A stretch of 63,600 nt of DNA, filler included, from Reclinomonas americana ATCC 50394 (Eukaryota), in the NCBI GenBank assembly GCA_048213135.1. It is 16 parts of 16 records of this genome, joined end to end, with 100 filler letters (N's around TTAATTAATTAA, not from the genome) between each part and the next. Parts side by side here need not be neighbours in the genome. Positions count along the whole stretch, not along the records: positions 39,766 to 42,113 come from AFZH01017666.1; positions 42,214 to 44,263 come from AFZH01017667.1; positions 44,364 to 48,917 come from AFZH01017668.1; positions 49,018 to 53,518 come from AFZH01017669.1; 12 more parts are not named here. One strand, written 5' to 3'. Both the position numbers and the translations under genes were made by a program. Positions 39,666-51,710 of the stretch are shown piece by piece. The notes below the pieces were generated by a model. It was not told the DNA's origin. It searched no databases and was given only the letters and a program-made list of their open reading frames with translations. Position 1 is the stretch's first letter, and each line of letters begins with the position of its first letter.

Positions 39666-39899
39666 NNNNNNNNNNNNNNNNNNNNNNNNNNNNNNNNNNN
39701 NNNNNNNNNTTAATTAATTAANNNNNNNNNNNNNNNNNNNNNNNNNNNNNNNNNNNNNNNNNNNNTTCTTCTCGTCTCTCGTCGTCGCTCTCTCTCTCTC
39801 TCTTCTTCTCTCTCTCTCTCCTCTTCTTACTGTACGCGTCTTCGTTCGTTGTTCCGTACCTACTACTACTCTCCTCCTCTCTCTTCTCCTCCTCTATCT

Positions 39900-39936
<37 letters not shown>

Positions 39937-41912
39937 TCTTGCCCCTCGTATTCTTCTTCCTCCCCACTCTCTCCTCACCCGGAAGCCCAGTCGCAGCCAT
40001 TCAGGAGACGATGCATCCGGATACACACTGGTCCATATTCTCTCCAGCAGTGCCGTGTGAGACGCGCCATCAAAATGCGTCTCACGCAGCTCGTTCATCT
40101 CTGAAAAACAAATGAGACAAGCGATGACAACAGGCGACCTCACCAACATCGTGCTCACCGACAAACAACTTCAGAGCGGCCTCGGCACGCTGCTTGGCAT
40201 CCTTGCGGAATCCGCGCAGCGTCTCCATCATTTCACCGCCCTCCAACGTCGAAAATGAGACCGTGCGCTGTGGGCGACGAGAGGATGAGGCACACGACTG
40301 TGGATAAAGCACAAAGATGACGAAACATCACGCTCGCCGTCGGGAGCCATGGAGGTCACTGTGGTGTGTGGCTGTCGAGAGGGCAGGTGAGAAGCGATGA
40401 TGCACTTGATGGCACACAGTGGCGTGTAACTCACCGACACGGACGAGTACTTGGCGTTGCGAGTCACCATCTCCCTCCACGTCAACGAGATCACCATGCT
40501 CGCTGCGCATCACGTTTCAGTCAATCCATGACTCTCACTTCCCGCACCATTCTCTTGCCGCAACTGTCGCGAAAGAGATGCTCGGTGGATTCGCGCTCCC
40601 GCACCGACATCAGTTGATCGGAGAAAATAAAGAACTTGGGTTCGGCGGCGGCGTGGAAGCGCTTCACTGCGCGTCTGAGCACTGCCGGCGCATCCTCCTC
40701 TTCGTCGTCCGCTGCGCGACTGGCGCTGCCGGAGCCGTTGCCCACCTCCACTGCATTTCCAGTATGATTACATAATGGTTGCTTCGTAAAGTAAGCACGC
40801 ACACGCACCTGACAGTGCACGAGGCATTTCATCGGCCACCACAGATGAGAATGGCGGCAGATCCATCGTTCCCAGGCTCGAGGTGTTGTCGCGCCTGTCA
40901 GATGAACAGGGTGAGAAGAAAGCACGGAATCGCTTGCGAGTGCAGACAAAGGCGCACCATGGAATCTCCTCGTGGAGCAGCAGGAGGCCGCCCGGCAGCA
41001 GAGACAAGCGAAAGCGTGGCTGGCGAGCTTTTGCCACCAGCAAGCCATCGTGGAATGCCACTTGTCGCACCAAAAACTCGTCGCCGAGCAAACGCACCGA
41101 TTCGAGATGCGTCTTGCACTGCATCACACAGGAGAGTCAGAAGAAGAAACGCGTTTCACAAAGGCGATCATGATATGCACCGTGGCCATGTTCTGCAGTT
41201 TGAGCTGCACCCAGTCCTGCGTGGAGATGCTGTACACGGTGCTCCAGGAGCGGCGCTGCGCAGCAATGGATAAGTGAATGACAAAGAGTGGAAGTAGAGA
41301 GTAGCGGAATCAACAAACCGACTGCGTGTTCGACACCTCCTCCGTGTGGGGCGAGCGCACAGCCTGCAGATCCGCATGTTCGCTCTGCAGCGCTGCCATG
41401 TAGAACCTGCTCACGACATGATCAGCAGACAGCACTGGCATCTTTCAAGAGAGAAATGCAGCTCCACACCGTTTCAATTGTCGCACCACGCGGAATTCAT
41501 CACATAGCGACAGATGCTGATCGGGAATGAGCAAGTGTGCCACGGGACTGTGGGGTAGCAGATGCGTTAGCTCGGGACTCCGGTGAGAGAGATTGCATAG
41601 AGACGCAGACCTGGCATGCAGTTTGAGGAACGAGGCGACCTCCACTGTTTGTGAGAGAACGCGATGCGAGACGATGCACTCGAGGTAGGCGTTGAGGTCG
41701 ATGAGGCGGCGCTGTGGGGAAAGTGAGCGGAGTGAGGGAAGGGAGGAAATGAGGGAGGGAGGAAGAAGTGATCATCGCACCTGAATCACGGTCTCCCGCA
41801 GTGGAAACAAGACTTTCGTGGGGAGTGGCGGCAGTGCCACTGATTCTGGAAAGCGCCCATGCTGCAGCAGGTCCTCCAGAGCGTTGTGCAGGGCGTGGAA
41901 CTCGCGGTATCT
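37698..41912 (-). CDS. PX domain + ELMO/CED-12 domain protein, multi-exon; 5' end in gap
   Basis: PX: RYREFHALHNAL..LPPLPTK..RRLIDLNAYLECIVSHRVLSQTVEVASFL. ELMO: HTALLERIW..EWLRLGFRSPDPADDLRSSGILPLHQLAHFVE..FPLA..LFHELHAAVLEYTW. Exons join in frame by GT-AG where checked. Confidence 0.72.
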
Positions 41913-42510
41913 CTGTGACAGAAGAGAGGAAAGAGAGAGGGAAAGAGAAGGTGGATAAGGAAAGGGGAGAGTGATAGAGACAGAGACAGAGTAGGAGCAG
42001 GAGGAGGAGGAGAAGGAGGAGGAGGAGGAGGAGCAGGAGGAGGAGGAGGAGGAGAAGGAGGAGGAGGAGGAGAAGGAGGAGAAGGAGAAGGAGGAGGAGG
42101 AGGAGGAGGAGGANNNNNNNNNNNNNNNNNNNNNNNNNNNNNNNNNNNNNNNNNNNNTTAATTAATTAANNNNNNNNNNNNNNNNNNNNNNNNNNNNNNN
42201 NNNNNNNNNNNNNAACCACACACACCACAGCACCCCCCCCCCCCCCCCCCCCACTATACACACACCCCACATACACACACCCCACACCACACCACACCCC
42301 ACCACACCAAAAAACACAAACATATCCACCGAAAAACATACAACATATACACACACGGATCATTCTCGTCCCTCTGTGTATCTCCCTCACAAGCAAATAC
42401 ACATACAAACTCCTCCTCCTCTCTCTCTCTCAGATGCAAGCACACACAAAACAAATATGAATCTCTCCCTCTCCTCCCTCCCCTCTCCCTCTCCCTTTCC
42501 CTCTCCGCAC

Positions 42511-44379
42511 GCAACATCAATGATACCCTGCACATTCCGCGAGTAGCTCTTGACCTGCGCCTTGGCGTGCTCCTCGCCACCCGCTGCAGCGCCGCCCAAT
42601 CGCTCCAGCAATCGCGCCTCGGCCACATCAATCAGCACCACCACGTCCGGCAACACGCCGGCCTCCTGCAGCGCCAGCGCCTGTGCGCGGTTGCGCGGGA
42701 AGCGCGTCAGCAGCCAGCCCGACTGCCTGCAATCCGGCTGCGCAATGCGGTGCTTGACAATGTCGACAAACACGTTGTCGGGAACCTCCACGCCGGCGTC
42801 GTGCGCCTCCTTGGCCGCCCGTCCCAGCTGTGAGGCGCTGGCGATCTCGCGGTGGAGGAGGTCGTCGGCGTCGACCCACACGGTGCGGAATTGGGCCACG
42901 AATTTCTCTGCCTGGGTCTTGACGCCGGAGCCGGGGCCGCCGCTGATGATGGCGCGGACGCCTGAATAGGGGAAGGGAGGGATAAAAAAGGTGAGGGAGG
43001 GGTAGAGGGGGAAGGGAGGGGTGGAAGGGGTAGAAGGGGAAGGGAGGGTAGAAGGGAAGGGAGGGTAGAAGGGAAGAGAAGGGGAAGGGGAAGGGGAAGG
43101 GGGAAAAGCGAAGAGGAACGAGGGGAGAGAGCTGATGGAGGACGACGAGAATGAGAGGAAAACGAAGAAGAGGAGATGCGAAGACAGAGACCGCTGGTGA
43201 GAGAGATAAAGAAGCAATGAGAAGGAAAGGTGAGAAAACTGGAGGCGAACGGAAACACAATGATAAGAATGAATGATGAGTCGTGGAAACAGAACGAGAC
43301 AAACCAAGAAACGCAAGAGGACGAGAAACGAGAGAAATGACCACAATAAGGCAAAGATCGCCGATTGAACACGGGGAAGCGTTAGCGACACGTAACTGCA
43401 GACGCAGCAGAATTATGAACGAACAGAAGGAGGCGGAGGAGGAGGAGGAGGAGAAGGGTGAGAGTAGTAGGAACAGAACGACAGGCTGACGAGAAGCAGA
43501 GGACAAGAGGGAAAAGCGACAAGTGGAAGACGAAGAGTGAGCTGACGATCAGAAGGAAGCTCCAGCATCAAAGGAAGATGGCAACCGAAATTGAAGCAGA
43601 GAGAAAGAGGGGAAAGCAACAAGTGGAAGAAGGAGACAGAGGATCGCAAGAGGAAACCGCAGAAAAAAACAAGGAGCACAACAGACTGAGACCTGCCTCC
43701 TCTCTTCCTCTCCCCCTTCCTCCTCATCTCTTGTCTCCCTCACACGAAGCAGGCCGAAGAAGAAGAAAAGGAAGCAGTGGCAGCAGAAGAAGAGGGAAAG
43801 AAACAAGCAATCTTCCTTTCTCACAGCAGAGGGAAACAGCGGCGGCAGAGGGCTGAGAGAAGAGGGCGACGAAGAGCATGAAGAGGAAAAGCAAAGAGAA
43901 GGAGAGGAGAAAGACGAGAGCAATGGAGGGAAGAGCGACAAGTACAAGACGAGAGACCTCTCTTCATCTCTCTCTCTCTCTCTCTCACAGACAAAGCAGG
44001 GTGGAGAGGATGAGAGAAGGAAGCAGTGGCAACAGAAGAAGAGCGAAAGAAACAGGCATTCTTCATTTCTCTCTCCTCTCTTCTCTCTTTAGGGGATAAC
44101 AGAGGGAAACAGCGGCGGCAGAGGGCTGAGAGAGGAGGGCGACGAAGAGCATGAAGAGGGAAAAGCAAAGAGAAGGAGAGGAGAGACGAGAGTAGAGAAT
44201 ATCAACAGAAACAGCAGACATCTTCTCGCTCCTTCTTCTTCTTCTTCTTCTTCTTCTTCTCTTNNNNNNNNNNNNNNNNNNNNNNNNNNNNNNNNNNNNN
44301 NNNNNNNTTAATTAATTAANNNNNNNNNNNNNNNNNNNNNNNNNNNNNNNNNNNNNNNNNNNNTCTTCTTCTTCTTCTT

Positions 44380-44431
<52 letters not shown>

Positions 44432-44612
44432 CCTCTGCCCCTTCTCCTCCCCCTTCTTCCCCACCTCTGGGATGCCGGAATGCGTCCATCAAAAACGACA
44501 CTGGATCCTCCGGCTGCGCCACAATCAAATCCTGCACCGCATGCTCAAACATGCGCGCAACCTTGTGTCGCTCCATGTACTCGGCCACCTCTCGAGGGAT
44601 CTCATACTCCAT
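42511..44612 (-). CDS. AK8: Adenylate kinase 8-like flagellar protein (N-terminal RIIa/Dpy-30-type docking domain + AK domain); 3' part in gap
   Basis: IPREVAEYMERHKVARMFEHAVQDLIVAQPEDPVSFL; AIISGGPGSGVKTQA, VPDNVFVDIVKHRIAQPDCRQSGWLLTRFPRNRAQALAL..GVLPDVVV. Confidence 0.75.
43770..44190. repeat. Intronic direct duplication (~150 nt, two copies ~250 nt apart)
   Basis: GGAAGCAGTGGCARCAGAAGAAGAG..CAGAGGGAAACAGCGGCGGCAGAGGGCTGAGAGARGAGGGCGACGAAGAGCATGAAGAGG occurs twice. Confidence 0.85.
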
Positions 44613-46122
44613 TCTTGCGCAAAATCAAAAGAGAAAAGCAAAAAAAACAAGCTATTCAAAAGAGAGAGCGAGAGTGTATGTTGTATGCCAAGGGAGGAAC
44701 GAGGAAGGAAAGCGATCAGAACGCGATGTTGCAATCAAACGGCCGGGACATATCACGCAGCGGGCACTGTCCATTGCATTGTCACGCTCGTGCACACACG
44801 CTCTCATTGCACACATACACACACTTTCACCCATCTTCCACACACTTACACACACTTTCACCCATCTTCCACACATTTGCACACACTCCGGATCCCTCTC
44901 TTTCTCTCTCTCTCTTCACACTACCTCGCCCTCCCCTCTCCACCACTCACTCTCTCTCTCTCACTGTGTCTGCCGCACGCTCGTGACATTGAGATATCAA
45001 TCGCGAATCAGCCATTCGTGTGTGTTCAATCGTCGATGGCCGGTGCGCACGCGCATGTGCAGCATATACGCAGTGTCCGCACGCCTGCTTTTCCGGATCT
45101 GGTTGACTGTCGTCGGTGGCGACAACACACACTGCCCCTGCGACAAGCCGCACCGTTTATGGAGCTTACCACCGCGACGTCCCAACCTGGCAAAGGTGTT
45201 CGAAAGGGAAAGGGAAAGGGAAAGCTTGCCGGAGTCATTCCCGAAACTCCTCCTGCCACGTGCACCTCCACTCCTCTGTGACCACGTGCACACTACATGT
45301 CAAATCCCTATACTCCCACCTTGAAGTGTCCCTCCACTCATCACAACACACACGCATGCGCACTGCAGCTGTGGAATCTTGCATCCGGTCTTGGGGTGGA
45401 GACGAATAATAATGTCTGATGCACGAACAACCACAGCAACTGGTTGTCACCAAAGTATGCGCGCAGCTGCAGTGATCTCACTCCCTTCCATTGCTTCCTC
45501 CTACGCTTGAGCAACAATAATTTGCAATCGTGATCGATATCGCGATCGATATCGAATCCGTGCATCGAAAAGTGCAGCAGTGTGCAACAACACGCTGCGC
45601 TGGCATGCTCGTGGATCTGGAGATCCCCACACAAAAGACTTGTTGACCTGACCCAACGTTTGACCATTTTAGTCGTGAGACCGAAAAGAAAGTGAACGGC
45701 GAATTCGAAAGTTTGCCAATTATTCTCTCGATTTTGTTCACTAACCTTGGTGGAGCACTGGCACACTCTCCCTCGGTTTTGGTTGCCTTCCCCACCACAG
45801 TGACGAAACAAGCGGAACAAGTTCCGGTATTCTTGATCTGTGTGTGGTGAGTCCGCCAAATGTCGTATATATACTCATGATCATCTGCAACGCACGTACG
45901 CACACTTGCACGCGCGCGCGCGCCCACACACACACATGTCTCACCACTCGTGTTCGTTGCAAATGTGTCGCGCGCTCGCTGATCATGATGCGCGCGGCCG
46001 AGGAGGCCACACTTTCATTTATTGGCCATGACGCGCGCTCGTTTTTTTTTTGTTTCTCACGTGCTTGTCCGCTTGTGTGGCACACCACAGTGTTTGCGCC
46101 CATCAAAGGAGCAGTCAACAAA

Positions 46123-49100
46123 ATGAACAACAAGACAACGTGCAGTGTGCTTGTCGCACTGGTGTTGCTGGCCATGGTGGCCATGTCTGGCGTGGTGGCG
46201 GCGGCGGCGGCGCCCGTTAGTTGCGTTTGCGTTTGTGTGGGCCAAATCTCCCTCTCTCCCTCTAGATCTCCCTCTCTCTCCTCTCTCCTCTCTCACCCTC
46301 TTTGTCTGCGATACTCTTCTTCATTTCTCTTTTCTTGCGCGCGAGAAATAGCCGTTGTGAGGACCACCGCACAACTTTGATTTCGCGCGCATTGCGCAGC
46401 ATGTGAATTTGAGCTCAACTTGGTTTCCTCAATATCTTCTCTCCGTGCTCGCAGTCTCTCCCTTTCTTTCCCCTCTTCTTCTCCATTCCTCTCTCCTTGA
46501 GTCAATCGCCCTCATTCTCTCTCCTTCCTCTTCTCTTATTCTCTCTCCCTTCCTCCTCTCTCTCTCTCTCACTCTCACTCTCCTTCATCCCGTCGCTCAC
46601 TCTCTCCCTTTCTGCCTTTTATTCCTCCTCTCCCTTTTCCTTTCCCTTCATCAGTCGATCGCTCTCTCCCTCTCCCTCCCTACCCCCCTCTCCCTTCCCC
46701 CTCCCTCTCTCTCCCCCCTCTCTCCCTTTCTGCTCCTTTTCTTCTCCTCTCTCTCTCTCTCCTCTCCTCTCCTCTCCTCTTCCTCTCCTCTCCTCTCCTC
46801 TTCCTCTCCTCTCCTCTCCCTCTTCCCCCTCTCTCTCCCTTCCCCGTTCCTCTTTCTTCCCCTATTCTCCCTCTCACCCCTTCCCCCTTCAGTCCCCTCC
46901 GCTGTCAGCGGCGTGGCATCGGCGTCCATCCACACCCAAAGCTCTGCCATCAAGCTCCGTTGCGTTGCATTCTTGATAACCAACAAACACCTTTCCCGCC
47001 CCCTCCTCATCCTTTTCCTCACAGGCGCTGACCCTGCCACCACCACCTGCACCGCCATTCCCCACGAGTCCAAGCGCATTTGGTGGTCCGTCGCCTCCAA
47101 CGACAGTGGCACCAAGCTCGCGGCCGTGGTCGAGTTCGGCCGCATCTACACCTCCACCGACTCGGGTGCGACGTGGACGCCACGCGAGTCGGAGCGCTAC
47201 TGGGTCAGTGTGGCCTCCAGCAGCGACGGCACCAAGTTGGTGGCGTGCGTCTACTGTGGCGGTCAGATCTACACCTCCACCGATTCGGGCGCGACTTGGA
47301 CTCCACGCGCGTCGGTGCAAGCGTGGTCGGCGGTGGCCTCCAGCGCCGACGGCACCAAGCTGGTGGCTGCGGCCGTGGGTGACTCCATCTACACCTCCAC
47401 CGACTCTGGTGCGACGTGGACGCCGCGTGACTCGCACCGGCAGTGGGTCGCCGTGGCCTCCAGCGCAGACGGCACCAAGTTGGTGGCGGCGGTGAGCGGT
47501 GGCCAGATCTACACCTCTTTGGATGCCGGTGCGACGTGGACTGCCCGCGATTCCAATCGACCGTGGGTCGGTGTGGCCTCCAGCTCGGACGGCGCCAAGC
47601 TGGTGGCCGTCACCCATGGTGGCCAGATCTACACCTCCACCGATTCCGGCGCGACGTGGACGGCACGCGAGTCGGCGCGGCTGTGGCGGTCGGTGGCCTC
47701 GAGCAGCGACGGATCAAAGTTGGCGGCTGTGGTCGGCAACGACAAGATCTACACGTCGAGCAACTCGGGTGTGACGTGGACGCCTCGCGACTCGAATCGC
47801 AACTGGTTTGCCGTGGCCTCCAACGCCGACGGCAGCAAGCTGGTGGCGGGTGTGTACGACGGTCAGATCTACACGCTGGACGTCAGCACGTGCGCTCCAT
47901 GCTCCGGTCACGGCACGTTGAACAACGACGGTTCGTGCACGTGCTCGGGCGACTACGTGAACGCCAGCTGCAACTGCAGTCCGTCGGCCACCTGCTCGGG
48001 TCACGGAACGTGCAACAGTGACGGATCGTGCCAGTGTGCCACCAACTATTACGGCGCGGCGTGCAGCGTGAACTGCGTGGCGGCGACGACGTGCTCCGGC
48101 CACGGAACGTGCAAGAGCGACGGCAAGTGCCAGTGTGCCACCAGCTACTACGGTGCATCGTGCAGTGTGAACTGTGTGGCGGCGACGACATGCTCCGGCA
48201 ACGGAACGTGCAAGAGTGACGGTACATGCCAGTGCAGCACTGGGTACAGCGGTGCATCGTGCACAGCGGGATCGTCGACTTGTGTGCCGGCCACGACGTG
48301 CTCCGGAAACGGAACGTGCAGCTCGGGAGGAACGTGCAACTGCACCAGCCCGTATAGTGGTGAGTGGAACACTCTTTGATCATCTTCTTCGCATGTCGCA
48401 CTGCGCACATATGCTGACTCCATCGACAAATAGGGTCCTCATGCTCCGTGTGCTCTGCTTCCAGTGGTGCCGCTCTCGGATATGTTGGCAGCTGGAGATC
48501 GGTGGCCTCCAGCATTGACGGCACCAAGATGGTGGCTGTGGCACAGGGCGCTCAGATCTACACCTCCTCCGACTCTGGTGCGTCGTGGACGGCTCGTGAT
48601 GCGAGTCGAGCCTGGATGTCGGTGGCTTCCAGCGGTGACGGCACGAAGCTGGTGGCTGTCGTAGGCTTTGGTGGTCAGATCTACACCTCCGCCGACTCGG
48701 GTGTGACGTGGACGGCTCGCGATCAGGGTCGTCAATGGTTCTCGGTGGCCTCCAGCGACGACGGTAGCAAGCTGGTGGCTGTGGAGCAGGATGGACTTAT
48801 TTACACCTCCACTGATTCTGGCGAGACGTGGACGCCTCGCGATTTCAATCGCAGGTGGGTTTCAGTGGCATCCAGCAGCGACGGCACCTATCTCGTGGCT
48901 GTGGTCGGAGGTGGTTCNNNNNNNNNNNNNNNNNNNNNNNNNNNNNNNNNNNNNNNNNNNNTTAATTAATTAANNNNNNNNNNNNNNNNNNNNNNNNNNN
49001 NNNNNNNNNNNNNNNNNAGATTTACACCTCCACTGACTCTGGCATGACGTGGACTCCACGTGAGTCCAGTCGCAGCTGGATCTCGGTGGCCTCCAGCAGC

Positions 49101-51079
49101 GACGGCACAAAGCTGGTAGCCTTGGTGGGTGGTTTCGTATTTCCTGGTCAGATCTACACGTCGACTGACTCTGGCGTGACGTGGACGGCCCGGGATTCCG
49201 ATCGCAACTGGTTCTCGGTGGCGTCCAGCAGCGACGGCACCAAGCTGGTGGCTGTTGCGAACAACGATCAGATCTACACCTCGACTGATTCTGGCGTCAA
49301 CTGGACGGCTCAAGATTCCGCTCGCAGCTGGCGGTCAGTGGCCTCCAGCAGCGACGGCACCAAGCTGGTGGCTGCTGCGCAGGGTGACCAGATCTACACG
49401 TCGACTGACTCGGGCGCGACATGGACGGCTCGTGATTCTGCGCGCGCGTGGGTCTCGGTGGCCTCCAGCAGTGACGGTAGAAGACTGGCGGCTGCGGAGA
49501 ACAACGGCCTGATCTACACGTCGAATGACTCTGGAGTGACGTGGACATCCCGTGATTCCGCTCGCAGCTGGGTGTCAGTGGCCCTCAGCAGTGACGGTGG
49601 CCAGCTGGTGGCGGTGGCCAGACAGGTTTACGTGTTCCCGTGCAATCCGAACTGTGTGGCAGCGACGACGTGCTCGGGCAACGGAATGTGCAACAGTGAC
49701 GGTACGTGCCAGTGCACCGGCGACAATTACGGCGCGTCGTGCAATGTGATCTGTGTGGCGGCCACGACGTGTTCCGGTCACGGAACGTGCAAGAGTGACG
49801 GCACATGCCAGTGCACGGGCGACTACACCAATGCCAGCTGCAACTGCAGTCCCACCACGACGTGCTCCGGTAACGGGACGTGCAAGAGTGACGGAACGTG
49901 CCAGTGCGCTGCTGACTATTACGGTGCAGCGTGTGACGTGAACTGTGTGGCGGCCACCACGTGCTCCGGCAACGGAACGTGCAAGAGCGATGGAACATGC
50001 CAGTGCGCTGCTGACTATTACGGTGCAGCGTGTGACGTGAACTGCGTGGCGGCCACGACGTGCTCCGGCAATGGTACCTGCAATACCGATGGCAACTGCG
50101 ACTGCTCGAGCGCGTGGAGTGGTGAGTTGCACGGTTGATCTTGATCTTGGTCTTCAAATCGAACTCACTCTGTGCGTACGCTAACTTGTGTGTGTCGATG
50201 TCGCGAACAGGCCCCTCTTGCTCGTCCTGCGCTGCTGCCTACACTCTTACGCTCGGCTCCAACTCCGGCAACTGGGCGGCAGTCGCCTCCAACAGCGACA
50301 GCACCATGCTGGTGGCCGTGGCTGGTAATGGTGGTCTGATTTACACCTCCGCCAACTCGGGTATGTCGTGGACGGCTCGCGAATCCGCTCGCGCCTGGAG
50401 CGCAGTGGCCTCCAGCAGTGACGGCACCAAGCTGGTGGCAGTTGAGCAAGGTGGTCAGATTTACACCTCTACTGACTCTGGCGAAACGTGGACGGCTCGC
50501 GATTCCAATCGCCAGTGGAATGGCGTAGCCTCCAGCAGTGACGGCACCAAGCTGGTGGCTACTGTGGCGAAAGGTCAGCTTTACACCTCCACTAATTCAG
50601 GTGTGTCGTGGACAGCTCGTGATTCTCCGCGCCACTGGCATGGAGTGGCCTCCAGCAGTGACGGCACCAAGCTGGTGGCGTTGGACGCCGGTGGTCAGAT
50701 TTACACCTCCACCAACTCTGGCGTGTCGTGGACAGCTCGCGATTCCAATCGACGCTGGCAGACGGTGGCTTCCAGCAGTGACGGCACCAAGCTGGTGGCT
50801 GCCGTGTTCGATGGTTTGATTTACACCTCCACGGATTCTGGCCAGACGTGGACAGCTCGTGACTCCACTCGCTTCTGGGATTCTGTGGCTTCGAGCAGTG
50901 ACGGCACCAACCTGGTGGCCGTGGTGGATTTCAATGGTCAGATTTACACCTCCACCGACTCTGGCGAGACGTGGACAGCTCGTGGTTCTAATCTCGACTT
51001 TGTGTCGGTGGCCTCCAGCAGTGACGGCAGCCAGTTTGTTGTTGCAACTTCTGAGCAGGTCTATGTGTATCTGTGTTGA
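46123..51079 (+). CDS. Secreted repeat protein: BNR/Asp-box beta-propeller blocks alternating with tenascin-like EGF repeats
   Basis: Signal peptide MNNKTTCSVLVALVLLAMVAMSG. About 40-aa repeats WxxVASSSDGTKLVAxxxxGQIYTSTDSGxTWTARDSxR in blocks of 7, at least 9 (across a gap) and 7. Two blocks of 5 EGF units CVAATTCSGxGTCKSDGTCQC..YYGAAC. One gene across gap 48918 is assumed. Confidence 0.88.
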
Positions 51080-51710
51080 TCGTATGAGAAGGGAGAAGGC
51101 TATTGACTGTGAGTTTTTTTGTGGGTGTGCATGCGCAAACGTTCTCTCGAACTGCACACGCAAGTGAAACCCCTTTTTTCATCATGCTCTCTGCGGACCT
51201 CATCTTGTTGCGCCTGCACGTGCCGATAAATCGTTTCAACAACTACGAGGATCTCCGCGACGTCGACACATGCATGCAACAGTGACGTTGCCAAGATCGG
51301 CACCGGCGAGCGCACTGGAGACGAAGCCAACGCATGTCTGCTTGCGTGCACCTGTGTTACCGTTCTTTGCGTACGAGCAGCTGACCTGGTGTACGAAGCA
51401 GAACTTTAGCGGTGGCGCACTGTCGACGTTGTTCATGCACTCACCGACGTCCTGTCTCTGTAGCGCGCGCGCGCTCTCCTATCCTGTCTCTCTCCCTCTC
51501 CCTGTCCCCCACCCTCTCTCTCACTCACACCCACACTCACACACACGCTTGCACATTTGCACGCTCACTCGTTCGCTTTCTCTTCTAACTCAGCCCCCCC
51601 TGCTCTTGCTCTTGCACTCTCCTCCATCCCTCCCTCTTCCTCCGCAAACTCTCCCACTCTTTCACTCTGCCTCGGCAAGTCTCACACATTGCCACATCTC
51701 CCTGTTTGCC

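Noticed and set aside
47060..51060. Regular ~120-nt repeats with variable segments resembling a CRISPR array or DGR target
   Set aside because: The repeats are in-frame protein blades with synonymous variation. There are no cas genes, reverse transcriptase or template repeat in the window.
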